DNA of 64,000 nt from a virus (IMGVR_UViG_3300032280_000320:50332-114331), one strand, 5' to 3'. Numbered from the stretch's first letter, positions 29,876 to 40,174 are shown. Made by a program: numbers and translations. The notes: generated by a model from the letters alone, not told the origin.

Positions 29876-30619
29876 TTAAAGACCCTTTGCTGGCCTACTA
29901 GAAACTCCTGGTCCTGGTAAAAGCCTTTCTCCTCGTTCTCTCATCTCAGCCCATTCTTCAGCATCTTTTGCTTGCTGTAGTCTTGCTTCTGCGATTTCCG
30001 TTTCCCATCTAGCTCTTGTTTCATCAGTATATTCTATTTCTTCAAAATCCCAAAACGATCCAACTGTATATCTTGTGCCATCTTCTATTGGTAGGACTTC
30101 GTGTATATTGTGATGTCCGCCCTCAAATGCTGCAAGCAGTCCTTTTCTTGGCTTTATTGTTATCTCGTGATCTCTAAAGTTAAGCTCTCCACCTTCAAAG
30201 TCATCGTTAAGATAAAGGAATGTTGCCATTTTACTTCTTTCAAATGCATTATACTCTGGGCTATCTAATGGAGTATTGTCTGAATGGAATCCAGCAAATG
30301 CTCCTTTTATCCATTTTTGTGAATGATAGCTAACTTTTCTAAGTGGTCCACCTCTTGTATCTTCGGTGGCAGCTTTAATTCCAGCCTCTAAATCTGTAAA
30401 GAAGTTTGCTGGTAGCCCAAACTGAAGCATGTCGTCATCTTCTGGTAAGTTTGAAGAGAATGATTCGTAGAAAGAAATTGGTCCCCAAATAAGAGTACCC
30501 TTTTCTGTTGAGTGTTCCCAATACTTTAATATAGCATCACAGTGTTCTGGCGATATGAAGTTTTCGTATAAAACTACATCGCTTTTTAAAACCTTCTTGC
30601 CATCAAGATTATATATCAT
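29876..30619 (-). CDS. 2OG-Fe(II) oxygenase, prolyl 4-hydroxylase-like
   Basis: GFHSD...YLNDDFEGGEL...NIHEV...GTRY. Confidence 0.88.
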   Translation of the reverse strand: MIYNLDGKKVLKSDVVLYENFISPEHCDAILKYWEHSTEKGTLIWGPISFYESFSSNLPEDDDMLQFGLPANFFTDLEAGIKAATEDTRGGPLRKVSYHSQKWIKGAFAGFHSDNTPLDSPEYNAFERSKMATFLYLNDDFEGGELNFRDHEITIKPRKGLLAAFEGGHHNIHEVLPIEDGTRYTVGSFWDFEEIEYTDETRARWETEIAEARLQQAKDAEEWAEMRERGERLLPGPGVSSRPAKGL

Positions 30620-31457
30620 TTAGTCTTCTCGCTTTCGATACGTCTTGTCGATTTATCTGTTGATAAACTCCGTTTGCCCTGTCTCTTTTCCATCTTTCTC
30701 TTTCCATCTCTGCCCATATTTCTTCTCCATAAAGCTGCTGGTTTTTTATCCATTCTTCAGTGCCTTCATGAAATCTAAGCATATTGTTTCTGATAAAGTA
30801 CTTTGGCTTACCCGTAATTTTTCTAACTCCATGATGGTATAACTCATCACCATCTGTTAAGAAATTAGGATCTCCTGCTGGGAAAACAATTACATCTCCA
30901 GCTTTTGGCTTATAGTAAAATAGCTTATCATTTATATAAAAATCAACTCCGCCGCCTTCGTAGTCATCATTTAAATACATAGTTACGGTTACAGCAAAAT
31001 TATATCCTCTAGCGTCTCTTTTTTCTACTTGGTAGTCTGTGTGATAGTGCATTGCAAGATCTAGTGCTACTTCTGCTTCTTCATTATACTTGCATATAGA
31101 AGGACCCATTTTTATCCATTTGTTTTTTGATTTACCATCAACTTCATCAAGAAACGATTCAAATGAATATTCAACATTATTTTTCTTAAAATAGTCATCA
31201 ACTACTGTGAAAAATACTCCTTCTATTTCTGCTAAAGCTTCTCTTTCTTTTATGACCCTTGGAGTGTCTTCTGCATCACGAATAAAATTATCTGCTTCTA
31301 GACCAAACGTATACCAATCTTCCCAAGGATGAATCATTGACCCTTCAGGATTTACCTCTGACTCTATTATTGTATTTAAAAGTGAGTCTAGGTCTCTGAA
31401 TGTGTTAGAATAAACAAAAATCTTTGGATAAATTTCTCTGTACTGAAGTTCACTCAC
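30609..31457 (-). CDS. 2OG-Fe(II) oxygenase, prolyl 4-hydroxylase-like
   Basis: HYHTD...YLNDDYEGGGV...YHHGV...KPKY. Confidence 0.87.
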   Translation of the reverse strand: MSELQYREIYPKIFVYSNTFRDLDSLLNTIIESEVNPEGSMIHPWEDWYTFGLEADNFIRDAEDTPRVIKEREALAEIEGVFFTVVDDYFKKNNVEYSFESFLDEVDGKSKNKWIKMGPSICKYNEEAEVALDLAMHYHTDYQVEKRDARGYNFAVTVTMYLNDDYEGGGVDFYINDKLFYYKPKAGDVIVFPAGDPNFLTDGDELYHHGVRKITGKPKYFIRNNMLRFHEGTEEWIKNQQLYGEEIWAEMERERWKRDRANGVYQQINRQDVSKARRLNDI

Positions 31458-32143
31458 GGCTGCTTTTCTCCTGTATGTTTTAATATATTCCAGAAAAATG
31501 GTGAGGTATATCTATTACCAGATAATACTGGTCTTACTCCATGAACATAATTTCTATCTCCTGGGAAGAAGTAAGCTGATCCAGCATTTGGCTTAAATTC
31601 AATTCCTTGTATTGGAAAAAATAGTTCTCCGCCTTCGTAGTCATCGTTAAAATAAAATATTGATGCAATGTCGTAATGTGGGAAATCGTTAGGTGTTCCA
31701 GCATCTGGGCCTTCATGAAGTTCTTTGTCTGCATGAGGATCTTGTCTAGTTCCAACTGGCCATCTTACAATAGCTGGTCCTGTTGCCTGTACATCTACAT
31801 CAAAAAATTTATCTACTTCTTTTTTAAGTCTGACAATTAATCCTTCAACAACAGCTACAATTGAAGGGTCATGTGATATATCCATTGATTTTCTTGTGCA
31901 TACTCTGTCTGCCCAGACGTTTGCATCATATATAACTGTCCCGTTTTCATTAAAATGTGACTCTGTTATATCCCATGTCTTGTTGCTAAATGCAAAATCA
32001 GTTAATCTTTGCTTTTCTGATTCAGTTAAGAAGTTTTTTAACTCAACAATATTATCTGTTGAATCACCAAAAAAACCAGAAGGTGTAATTGATGTAAGCT
32101 CTTTGTAATTATGCTCTTTGTTTGTATTTACTTGCTTTTGCAT
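31454..32143 (-). CDS. 2OG-Fe(II) oxygenase, prolyl 4-hydroxylase-like (probable start 32143)
   Basis: DPHAD...YFNDDYEGGEL...YVHGV...GNRY; AGGAG RBS before the ATG at 32143. Confidence 0.88.
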   Translation of the reverse strand: MQKQVNTNKEHNYKELTSITPSGFFGDSTDNIVELKNFLTESEKQRLTDFAFSNKTWDITESHFNENGTVIYDANVWADRVCTRKSMDISHDPSIVAVVEGLIVRLKKEVDKFFDVDVQATGPAIVRWPVGTRQDPHADKELHEGPDAGTPNDFPHYDIASIFYFNDDYEGGELFFPIQGIEFKPNAGSAYFFPGDRNYVHGVRPVLSGNRYTSPFFWNILKHTGEKQP

Positions 32144-32151
32144 TTTTTCTC

Positions 32152-32901
32152 CTATTGGTATTTTCTTTTTGACCAAAACTTCTTTTTATAGACTCCACCA
32201 TCTGGTGTTCTAAATGTATTAGCTGTCTCCATATGCTTTTGTAAAATCTCTTCTGCCGTCCTAAAAACCAAGTCTGATTCCCAGTCTTCTCTTTTGAAAG
32301 GAATTATTTGCATATACGGTGTGCCTGCTGGCACTACGCCTGTAAAACCTTTTTGCAAGAAAAACGGGATAAGACCTGAGTTAGTTACCTTATCACTATC
32401 TATTATACCAGCCACTGTTAAAAATGGTAAATCAAATCTATTAACTGGCGATAGGTATATTGCACTATATCCTTCTGGAAGTACTGGTGCCCAATTTGCA
32501 TACCAATGAAAATGATCATCGTCATACCCTGCTGGGGTTACAAATCCTTCCATGACTGTTCTTTCTCCAACAAAATCTTCAAAACCAATATCTGTCTTGA
32601 CTTTTGTTCTCCCACGCTTTTCATAAAACTCAATATCGCATGGAGTAAGTAGGGCATATCCTGTTGTAAATATATCAAGTATTGCTGGGCAGGACTTATA
32701 CGACATGACCTTTGATACCCCATCTTGGTTTACGTAAGGTACGCCATTTGGATCTTTAATATAAATGCTTGCATCTTGCCACCATTTTGCAATTGATTTA
32801 CTCATAGGAGATGGGGAATGAGTGCCATCTTTTTTATTATAAGTTTTATTAGAATGAAATGTTATTTTATTTGTCACTGCAGGCCACTGGCTTTCCGTCA
32901 T
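32152..32901 (-). CDS. Hypothetical beta-fold protein (DUF6065/dUTPase-like fold), oxygenase-cluster associated
   Basis: KSCPAILD...GYSAIYLSPVNR...GIIDSD...PAGTPYMQIIPFKRE shares the C-P...GTP..QIIP pattern with the neighbouring gene. Confidence 0.5.
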   Translation of the reverse strand: MTESQWPAVTNKITFHSNKTYNKKDGTHSPSPMSKSIAKWWQDASIYIKDPNGVPYVNQDGVSKVMSYKSCPAILDIFTTGYALLTPCDIEFYEKRGRTKVKTDIGFEDFVGERTVMEGFVTPAGYDDDHFHWYANWAPVLPEGYSAIYLSPVNRFDLPFLTVAGIIDSDKVTNSGLIPFFLQKGFTGVVPAGTPYMQIIPFKREDWESDLVFRTAEEILQKHMETANTFRTPDGGVYKKKFWSKRKYQ

Positions 32902-33589
32902 TAACCTTTAATCTTAAAGCTTTTATTTCATGATCACCTATTTTATTACCATAATGATCTACGCCATCTCTATAGAAATTTGTCCATTTGCCAGCCTTAT
33001 TTATTTCATAAACAATATCTCCATATTTATCATCTGGGAAAAACCCTGGAGGCAATTCAAACATATCACGAACTACCGCTTCTGAGTTGTTTAGTTCTTG
33101 TAATGATATTGGCATTATGGATATTACTGGTGTGCCAGCCTTAATAGTAATTACTGTATCTGGTCTAGTAATTCTCCATGCTACTGGAAATTCACCTTTA
33201 AAGAATGAAGTTGATATAACTCCAGTAAATGGGTGTGCTCCGTCTATAAATTGATTAGGGACGGGCATTCCCATTATACTGAGGTTCTCTTCAGTTCTAA
33301 AAAGCAAACCAGTATTAAAGCTTATAGTTGCATTTCCTCTTGTGTTATGTGCGTACTTTTCTCCTGAAAGGATCTTTACGTGATCTGATTCTGAATTAGA
33401 AATGCCATCCCATATAAAGCTAATATCCTCTGGGAAAGATATCCCCCAACCAAGAGCATTTGAAAGACTTACTGGAAAGCATTTATATGCATGCGCCTCA
33501 TAAGTTTCGTCCATCCAGGATCTTTTTATTCCCAGTGGCTCAAGCTTTCCATAGTTTGCTCTTGTTTGGTAGACATCAAATTTGTGCAT
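32867..33589 (-). CDS. DUF6065-like protein
   Basis: KRSWMDET...HAYKCFPVSLSNALGW...FPVAWRIT...KAGTPVISIMP resembles the DUF6065 R.WMD...AY.C.P...N..GW signature. Confidence 0.7.
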   Translation of the reverse strand: MHKFDVYQTRANYGKLEPLGIKRSWMDETYEAHAYKCFPVSLSNALGWGISFPEDISFIWDGISNSESDHVKILSGEKYAHNTRGNATISFNTGLLFRTEENLSIMGMPVPNQFIDGAHPFTGVISTSFFKGEFPVAWRITRPDTVITIKAGTPVISIMPISLQELNNSEAVVRDMFELPPGFFPDDKYGDIVYEINKAGKWTNFYRDGVDHYGNKIGDHEIKALRLKVNDGKPVACSDK

Positions 33590-34266
33590 TAGTACTCACT
33601 ATCTTTTAATGAAAGATTCGTAGCATGTTGTTTATAAAATTCTGGCGAATGTGCAGAATCATTATAGTCAGTCATTGTTACTAAGGAATATTTTGTTCCA
33701 GTTAGAACTGGCATTGCTCTATGTGAAAATAAATACGTTGATGGAAAAATAAATAAGTCTCCAGCATTTGGTTTTACCTCAATCCCAAGTTTTCCAAAGC
33801 TTAATCCGCCACCCTCGTAATCATCATTTAGGTATCCAACCATTGAAACTGTAGCAATATATGACCAGCCGTGGTCAGCATGCTCAGCAAAGTGTTGCCC
33901 TGGACCATACTTAATAAAATTCATTGCTTCCCAATACTTCATATCAATATTGTAAAACTTTGAGTAGTCATCTAGTGCAACCTTTTGAGCGTCATAAAGA
34001 TCTTGCCATACTCTATCAAATTCAAGCATGTACTCATCTTTGCCTGGGTAGTCCATCTTTTTTAATTTAAAATCGTAGCAATCACGATATTCTGGAATTT
34101 TTTCTCTATAGCCTACAGTGGCTTCTTTCCAGTTATGCAGTCCATTACTTGCCTTTAGAGTATTTTCAACTCTTTCAATGGCATTGATTTCTGGCTTTAA
34201 TACGTCACGGTATAGCCATAATCCAGGAAACAGCTCTTCTTTTGAAGAGTATCCAATATTTGACAT
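33589..34266 (-). CDS. 2OG-Fe(II) oxygenase, prolyl 4-hydroxylase-like
   Basis: KYGPGQHFAEHAD...YLNDDYEGG...FSHRA...GTKY. Confidence 0.88.
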   Translation of the reverse strand: MSNIGYSSKEELFPGLWLYRDVLKPEINAIERVENTLKASNGLHNWKEATVGYREKIPEYRDCYDFKLKKMDYPGKDEYMLEFDRVWQDLYDAQKVALDDYSKFYNIDMKYWEAMNFIKYGPGQHFAEHADHGWSYIATVSMVGYLNDDYEGGGLSFGKLGIEVKPNAGDLFIFPSTYLFSHRAMPVLTGTKYSLVTMTDYNDSAHSPEFYKQHATNLSLKDSEY

Positions 34267-34311
34267 TAATTACTTCTTTCTATTATTATCTAAATTAATA
34301 AAAAAATTAAT

Positions 34312-34704
34312 TTAGCTCCAAGCACTTCCAGTTTCTGGTAGGGTTTCAGAAGTTACTGGGTAAACTGATATACCTTCAGCTGCAGCCTTTATAAATGCCT
34401 GTACTGTTCCTGTACTTACATACATAACTCTTTTTATATAAAATATTTTATTGTCAGAGATAAAAGCAAATCTGTGCTGTCCTTCTACAATGTGTGCTGG
34501 TTCACTGTCATCATGAGTAAAAGATGTTCCATCCCATGTTGAGCCAATTCTTGCCTCTTCATTATCTGTTATATCAATAATGCCAGTTGTATTATCAAAT
34601 CCCGCTTTTTTTCTAGGATATGAAGGAGCTTCTGGATCTAATGTTACTGTTCCTAGAACAATATTATCTGAAACAAAAACGTATGAATTTTCTATAATTG
34701 CCAT
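34312..34704 (-). CDS. Hypothetical protein with internal duplication (FVSDN / FISDN; GSTWDG / GSAW)
   Basis: 130-aa ORF with AGGAG RBS; two similar halves, typical of small fibre-associated proteins. Confidence 0.6.
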   Translation of the reverse strand: MAIIENSYVFVSDNIVLGTVTLDPEAPSYPRKKAGFDNTTGIIDITDNEEARIGSTWDGTSFTHDDSEPAHIVEGQHRFAFISDNKIFYIKRVMYVSTGTVQAFIKAAAEGISVYPVTSETLPETGSAWS

Positions 34705-34733
34705 TTTTTTTCTCCTGTCAATAATTATATCAT

Positions 34734-34763
34734 TTAAGTGGGGCTGTTGCCAGCCCCACTTAA
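34734..34763. terminator. Perfect hairpin after the PPxF gene (terminator or processing stem)
   Basis: TTAAGTGGGGCTG-TTGC-CAGCCCCACTTAA, 13-bp stem. There is no clear U-tract on the minus strand. Confidence 0.55.
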
Positions 34764-34770
34764 ACTTAAT

Positions 34771-35736
34771 TTAGTATCTGAATCCGAACCGTGGTGGTGC
34801 GAAGTACGGTGGGAAGTATGGTGGTGAGAATCCGAAGTACGGATATCCTCCAAAGTAAGGTGGGAAGTATGGTGGTGAGAACCCGAAGTACGGTGGGAAG
34901 AATGGTGGGAAGTGTGGTGGGAAGAATGGTGGGAAGTGTGGTGGGAAGAACGGTGGGAAGAATGGTGGGAAGTGTGGTGGGAAGAATGGTGGGAAGTATG
35001 GTGGGAAGAACGGTGGGAAGAATGGTGGGAAGTACGGTGGGAAGAATGGTGGGAAGTGTGGTGGGAAGAACGGTGGGAAGAACGGCGGGAAGTGAGGTGG
35101 GAAGAACGGTGGGAAGAACGGCGGGAAGTGAGGTGGTGTAAAGGTTGTAACCTGATTAGTACCCACTCCTGCTGATGTTCCGTTTGCGTTTAATGCATAA
35201 ACTGTATAACTTTGTGTTGTATTACCTGTCTCTGATATGTCTTTTGGAGATACAGAGTTTACGTAAGATGGGCCGTCTGAAGAAACTATAGTATAACTTG
35301 ATACTGCTTTTCCTCCATCTGATGTCGGTGCGTCCCATGTAACTCGGTCAGTGTTATTAGCAGGAGTTGTTGCAACTGCGTTTCTTGGTGCTGAAGGAAC
35401 TGTGGTTGCTGTTACTGCAGCAGATGCAGCAGATGCAGCAGAAGTTCCAGCAGCATTTGTTGCAGTTACTGTAAATGTTACAGATGCTGCTGACGCAATA
35501 CCTTCAACAAGAAGTGGAGAAGATGCTCCAGTTTTTGTTTGTCCAGTACTTGCTGTTACTGTATATGATGTAGCGGCAGGAGAGAGTGCTGGTAGGGAAA
35601 AAGCTACAGATACTGCAGCATTATTAAATGCTCTACCCGTTCCAACATCTGTTCCTGTGACACCTATCGGTGCTAAAGGCTCTAAGAAGTCATTTGACGC
35701 CTGAGACTTTTTACCTATTTTCTTACCTGATGCCAT
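34771..35736 (-). CDS. Fibronectin type III-domain protein with C-terminal (PP[F/H/Y]F)n tail
   Basis: Two FN3-like repeats (SYTVTAS...[12 protein letters not shown]; [11 protein letters not shown]...[12 protein letters not shown]), then 25 PPxF units and a terminal PPRFGFRY. Confidence 0.85.
   Translation of the reverse strand: MASGKKIGKKSQASNDFLEPLAPIGVTGTDVGTGRAFNNAAVSVAFSLPALSPAATSYTVTASTGQTKTGASSPLLVEGIASAASVTFTVTATNAAGTSAASAASAAVTATTVPSAPRNAVATTPANNTDRVTWDAPTSDGGKAVSSYTIVSSDGPSYVNSVSPKDISETGNTTQSYTVYALNANGTSAGVGTNQVTTFTPPHFPPFFPPFFPPHFPPFFPPFFPPHFPPFFPPYFPPFFPPFFPPYFPPFFPPHFPPFFPPFFPPHFPPFFPPHFPPFFPPYFGFSPPYFPPYFGGYPYFGFSPPYFPPYFAPPRFGFRY
34774..35136 (-). repeat. 12-nt coding tandem repeat encoding [12 protein letters not shown]
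   Basis: Plus-strand units such as GAAGAATGGTGG, GAAGTGTGGTGG and GAAGTATGGTGG; 21 contiguous tetrapeptides plus 4 more. Confidence 0.95.
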
Positions 35737-35768
35737 TTTTATCTCCTAATTTCTTACTGAATTTTTTA

Positions 35769-37802
35769 TTACGCTGTCAAGTCGCCGAAGACAACCCATG
35801 TATTTTGTGCTCTCTTGAATAGAGTTGCAGATGACCATTGGGTTCTCAACTTTAATCCTGGTGTTGCATTTACTGTTACTCCTGCACCTGCGGCTACTGT
35901 TACTTGACCTGCTCCAGTTTGAAGAATATCAATTGAAGTTCCAATTGGATAATCAACTGCTGATGCTGGTGGAATTGTTAGAGTTAGTGCTGATCCTGAA
36001 CCCATTTCAATTAGGTCATCTCTTTCAGTTAGTGATGAAAGTGTGTATGATGCTGTCTTCTGTGAAATTGGTGTTAAAGAGTCTACCTTTAATCCAAGGC
36101 TAGTTGTTACTGTTGCTGCAAAGTTTGCATCATCACCAAGGGCTGCAGCAAGCTCATCAAGTGTGTTAAGGGCTGCTGGAGCACCTGTTAGTAGTGCGTT
36201 AACCTGTGATGTAGCATCTGCGATTGCTTCTGCTTTTGCAGTTGCGATTGCTGAAGCTTGTGCTGTAGATACTGGCTTTGCTGTATCTGCTGTGTTATTA
36301 ACATTACCAAGACCTAAGCTTGTTGCTGTAACTGCTGCAACTTCTGACTTAAGAGCAAGAAGTGATGTGTCTGCAATGCCATGTACTGCTGTTGTATCTA
36401 ATGTATGTGTTGAAACTGCTGAATCTGCATAAGCTTTTGTTGCAAGATCTGCGGTGTTTGCAATTCCGTGAACATTTGTTTCATCTGCTGCGTGGGTTGT
36501 TAGATCTCCTGCATTTGCTTTTAAGTCTAATGCTGTCTGTGTAGCAGTTGAAATTGGCTTTGCTGCATCTGCTGTATCATCTACGTTAGAAAGACCAACC
36601 ATGCCCTTAGTTATTCCGCCAACTGTACCAGTAAATACTGGTGAAGCTAGTGGTGCTTTTTCATCTAACTGAGTCTGTACGTTAGATGTAACATTGTTTA
36701 GGTATCCAATTTCAGTGTTTGAAACATCACCGATTGATGTTGTTGCTGGAAGTGTTACTGATCCTGTAAATACAGGGCCTGCTGAAGGAGCTTTGCTATC
36801 TAACTGAACTTGTATGGCAGATGTTACTCCGTTGACATATCCAATTTCAGTGTTTGAAACATCACCGATTGATGTTGTTGCTGGAAGTGTTACTGATCCT
36901 GTAAATACAGGGCCTGCTGAAGGAGCTTTAGCATCTAGCTGTACTTGTAGGTTTGATGTTACTCCATCTACATATCCAATTTCAGTTGCTGAAACGTTTC
37001 CAATTGTTGTTGTTGAAGGAAGAACAACTCCTCCAGTAAATGTTGGTGAATTTAGTGGAGCTTTAGTATCTATTGCTGTTAGTGCTCCCTGTACAACAGA
37101 AGCGTCAGCCTTTGCTGTTAATGCTGTTGTTACTGTAGATGCAAAGTTAGCATCATCGCCAAGGGCATCTGCAAGTTCGCTTAATGTATTTAAAACTGCT
37201 GGTGCTGCACCAACAAGTTGAGCAAATGCTTGATCTGTGTATGACTCTGCATACATCTTTGTTGCCATAACTGATGTGTCGGCTGATACTGTAATTGTGT
37301 TAGCTACATCGTCGTATGACTTTGTTACACCAGTTCCAGCAATCATTGCTGTATTAACTGCGTCTTGAGCAGATTCTGCTAATTCAGATTTTACTGCAAT
37401 CACGCTAGTATCTACGCTTACAGTAATAGTATTAGCTGCATCGTCGTATGACTTTGTGATTCCAGTTCCAGCGGTAATTGCTGTATTAACTGCATCTTGT
37501 GATAACTCTGTTATATCTAATTGAGATGCTGGCACTTTACCTGAACTGTTAAGTGATGCTACACCATTAGCCTGACCAAGTAGATTATCTTCAAGATAAG
37601 CTCCTACTCTATTCTCTAAATCAGACAATGGTTCATTTGCATAAGGAAGGGCATTCCATGCCACGCTTCCAGTTCCAAATTTAAAATAATTTGTGTCGGA
37701 CTCTAGTCCAACTTCTCCTGCTGCTAGAATTGGGTTAACTTGAGCCCATTGAGCTTCTGTTCCTCTTCTTACTTGAATTCTTACTGTTGACATATTTGCC
37801 AC
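35769..37802 (-). CDS. Tail fibre/decoration protein with Mtd-type N-terminal domain and internal repeats
   Basis: VRIQVRRGTEAQWAQVNPILAAGEVGLESDT (Mtd_N-like); repeated KAPSAGPVFTGSVTLPATTSIGDVSNTEIGY and APAALNTL.ELA.ALGDDANF; C-terminus LRTQWSSATLFKR...WVVFGDL. Confidence 0.75.
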   Translation of the reverse strand: MANMSTVRIQVRRGTEAQWAQVNPILAAGEVGLESDTNYFKFGTGSVAWNALPYANEPLSDLENRVGAYLEDNLLGQANGVASLNSSGKVPASQLDITELSQDAVNTAITAGTGITKSYDDAANTITVSVDTSVIAVKSELAESAQDAVNTAMIAGTGVTKSYDDVANTITVSADTSVMATKMYAESYTDQAFAQLVGAAPAVLNTLSELADALGDDANFASTVTTALTAKADASVVQGALTAIDTKAPLNSPTFTGGVVLPSTTTIGNVSATEIGYVDGVTSNLQVQLDAKAPSAGPVFTGSVTLPATTSIGDVSNTEIGYVNGVTSAIQVQLDSKAPSAGPVFTGSVTLPATTSIGDVSNTEIGYLNNVTSNVQTQLDEKAPLASPVFTGTVGGITKGMVGLSNVDDTADAAKPISTATQTALDLKANAGDLTTHAADETNVHGIANTADLATKAYADSAVSTHTLDTTAVHGIADTSLLALKSEVAAVTATSLGLGNVNNTADTAKPVSTAQASAIATAKAEAIADATSQVNALLTGAPAALNTLDELAAALGDDANFAATVTTSLGLKVDSLTPISQKTASYTLSSLTERDDLIEMGSGSALTLTIPPASAVDYPIGTSIDILQTGAGQVTVAAGAGVTVNATPGLKLRTQWSSATLFKRAQNTWVVFGDLTA

Positions 37803-37854
37803 CCCTAATTTAGACTTATTTTGTAATTATAGCATCATAAAAATTCAAAAACAA

Positions 37855-38244
37855 TTAACCAATTGTTCCTGAATCAAAAGTCATACTATAGCTTGTTGTG
37901 CCTGTATCTCCACCGTCTGCAAACTTTGTAGCCGTACTATTGACTCCATTTGCATAAACTGTGTATATTGGCTGACCATCAAAATCTATGGCCAAACCAA
38001 TGTCCATAAATGTTAGTGCTGTTGTATCTTCGACTGCATCTTCTAAAAGAGCTATCTCTTTCCATACTCCGCCAACTTGGATCTTTAGTCTTCCAGTCGT
38101 CGAATCATACGCTAGGGGTGTTGAATTTAATACAAGATTATCTACATTTACGGCAGAAGAAAATGTTGCTGCTCCTGCTATTGTTGCTGCTCCTGCGACA
38201 TTCAAGCCATTCTTTACTCTAAAGTTTTTATCTACTGTTGCCAT
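37855..38244 (-). CDS. Virion structural protein, hypothetical
   Basis: N-terminus MATVDKNFRVKNGL is shared with the neighbouring gene. Confidence 0.6.
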   Translation of the reverse strand: MATVDKNFRVKNGLNVAGAATIAGAATFSSAVNVDNLVLNSTPLAYDSTTGRLKIQVGGVWKEIALLEDAVEDTTALTFMDIGLAIDFDGQPIYTVYANGVNSTATKFADGGDTGTTSYSMTFDSGTIG

Positions 38245-38276
38245 TTAAGTTCACATATCCCCTAATTGTTTTATTG

Positions 38277-38301
38277 TGGGGGATTTTTAAGGAATCCCCC
38301 A
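38277..38301. terminator. Intergenic hairpin, probable terminator
   Basis: TGGGGGATT-TTTAAGG-AATCCCCCA. Confidence 0.55.
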
Positions 38302-38315
38302 AAACCTTTATTTAA

Positions 38316-39608
38316 TTATTTAAGTAGTGTTCCAGTTACTTTGATTGTTGAATCATTTACTGGATTTACTCTTATCTGAACATTTGCTCCAGATACTATT
38401 GCTGTAATTGAACCTCTTGATCCATTAGTTCCAACAATTGCATATTCTGTAATTGCTACGTTATCTGATGAATCTAGTGTTAATAGAATTTCTGATATCT
38501 CATTGTGTGTTCCATTGTCAATTTTAACAAGGAACTTTCCTGAACGGTAATCTGCTTTTGGCCACTCGTAAGCAGTTACTATAACTGATCCAAGTGATGT
38601 TGATGATGCTGCAATTTGCTTAGCCTGATCATTAACATTTAGAGCTGTAAAGGCTGTGGTTCCGTTTTGCTGTGCTGTATTAGCTGCTGCTGCTGTAGCT
38701 TCTGCTGCTGCTTGAGCGGCGTTGGCCTTAGTTGTAGCGTCTGTTGCTGCTGCAGAAATTGCTGCTGCTTGAGCGGCGTTAGCCTTAGTTGTAGCGTCTG
38801 TTGCTGCTGCAGAAATTGCTGCTGCTTGAGCGGCGTTGGCCTTAGTTGTAGCGTCTGATGCTGCAGTTGAAACGGCTGTTGCAATGTTTGTCGCAACATC
38901 TGATGAGTTAGCCTTTGTTGCCAAAGCTGTTGTAATAGTTGTTGTGTAATTAGCATCATCATTTATTGCTGCTGCTAATTCATTTAATGTATTAAGAAGT
39001 GCTGGTGCACCATCTACTAATGAGTCTACTGCAGTTGAAATTGCTGTATTACGATTTGTAACCTCTGTTGAGATTGCAGTTGAAAGTGCTGCTGCTGCTG
39101 TAGCTTCTGCTGCTGCTTGAGCGGCGTTAGCCTTAGTTGTAGCGTCTGTTGCTGCTGCAGAAATTGCTGCTGCTTGAGCGGCGTTGGCCTTAGTTGTAGC
39201 GTCTGATGCTGCTGTAGCAACTGAGGCTGCGTCGCCTGATACTCTAAGTGCTGCTTCTGCTGCTACCTTTGTTGTAGCATCTGTTGCTGCTGCAGTAATT
39301 GCTGCAGACTGTGCTGCATTAGCTTTTGATGTTGCGTCAGATGCTGCGGTTGCTTCTGCTGCAGACTGTGCTGCTGCTGCTGAACCTGCTGGATCAAATA
39401 CGCCAGATTTTACGGAGAGTTTTCCTGCTCCATTTACTTCAAGTTGTGTAGCCTCTACGGACTTTACAAGAGTTGCTCCACCAACAAGATTCAGAATATA
39501 ATTATCTGCACCTGTTTCTGTAAGTATATTTTGGCCATTAATTGTACCCGTTGTACCTTCTACAATTAAGCCTTGTTTAATTCTAAAGTTCTTATTTACT
39601 GTTGCCAT
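38316..39608 (-). CDS. Ala-rich coiled-coil fibre protein (probable start 39608)
   Basis: MATVNKNFRIKQGL N-terminus after an AGGGGG RBS-like site; many ATDATTKANAAQAAA repeats. Confidence 0.7.
   Translation of the reverse strand: MATVNKNFRIKQGLIVEGTTGTINGQNILTETGADNYILNLVGGATLVKSVEATQLEVNGAGKLSVKSGVFDPAGSAAAAQSAAEATAASDATSKANAAQSAAITAAATDATTKVAAEAALRVSGDAASVATAASDATTKANAAQAAAISAAATDATTKANAAQAAAEATAAAALSTAISTEVTNRNTAISTAVDSLVDGAPALLNTLNELAAAINDDANYTTTITTALATKANSSDVATNIATAVSTAASDATTKANAAQAAAISAAATDATTKANAAQAAAISAAATDATTKANAAQAAAEATAAAANTAQQNGTTAFTALNVNDQAKQIAASSTSLGSVIVTAYEWPKADYRSGKFLVKIDNGTHNEISEILLTLDSSDNVAITEYAIVGTNGSRGSITAIVSGANVQIRVNPVNDSTIKVTGTLLK
38700..39215 (-). repeat. 57-nt near-exact coding repeats (ISAAATDATTKANAAQAAA)
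   Basis: GCTGCTGCTTGAGCGGCGTT(A/G)GCCTTAGTTGTAGCGTCTG occurs three times around 38704-38860 and twice around 39109-39206. Confidence 0.85.
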
Positions 39609-39622
39609 TTGCAACCCCCTTG

Positions 39623-40174
39623 TTAAGCTTTAAGCGCAGTTCTGTAATATCTAGCAGTTACGCTAGCGGCTACAGGAGTTACGCATAAACCAATTATACC
39701 TGAATTTTCTTCAAAAGTAACAGAAGCAAGCGTGTTATTTGTATTAGAAATAATGTTTGATTCTGCTACGTTTATGTTTGTACCATCATTCAAAATCACT
39801 AGAGATGAAGAAACGTATTCATTACCTCTTGTAATCTGAAGTTCATATTTTACTGTTCTGTATACTGTTTTTGAAAAAGTATCAATTGTTGTTTTGTTTT
39901 CTATACCATTTATAACAACATCATTATTACCTTCAAGGCCGAAAAGAATATCTCCAGCGTCTGTGGTATTTTGAAGTGTTGTAAGAGCAGTAGAAATCTC
40001 TGAGACCTTGTAGTCTAATGAGTCTGGATCTGTAGATCCATCTACACCAACCTTTGTCTGTATTGCTTCTAGAGCATCATTGATGTCTGTGTGAAGAGCT
40101 GCGTGACCAGATAAAGAGTCTGTTGCCGACGGATTATCTAGGTTATCTAAAGTTGTTGGAAAATCTGTTGCCAT
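39623..40174 (-). CDS. Virion structural protein, hypothetical
   Basis: MATDFPTTLD...HAALHTDINDALEAIQTKVG N-terminus; the C-terminal domain (YRTVKYELQI) resembles that of 38316..39608. Confidence 0.6.
   Translation of the reverse strand: MATDFPTTLDNLDNPSATDSLSGHAALHTDINDALEAIQTKVGVDGSTDPDSLDYKVSEISTALTTLQNTTDAGDILFGLEGNNDVVINGIENKTTIDTFSKTVYRTVKYELQITRGNEYVSSSLVILNDGTNINVAESNIISNTNNTLASVTFEENSGIIGLCVTPVAASVTARYYRTALKA

Noticed and set aside
34774-35136. Possible CRISPR array in the short periodic repeats
   Set aside because: The units are contiguous 12-nt coding repeats with no unique spacers, and there are no cas genes.
34791-35175. Plus-strand ORFs with WWEE / MVGR repeats (also 40433..40798, 40500..40745, 40558..40764)
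   Set aside because: These are alternative-frame shadows of the PPxF repeats. Only the PPxF frame is fused to folded domains with an RBS and shows synonymous third-position variation.
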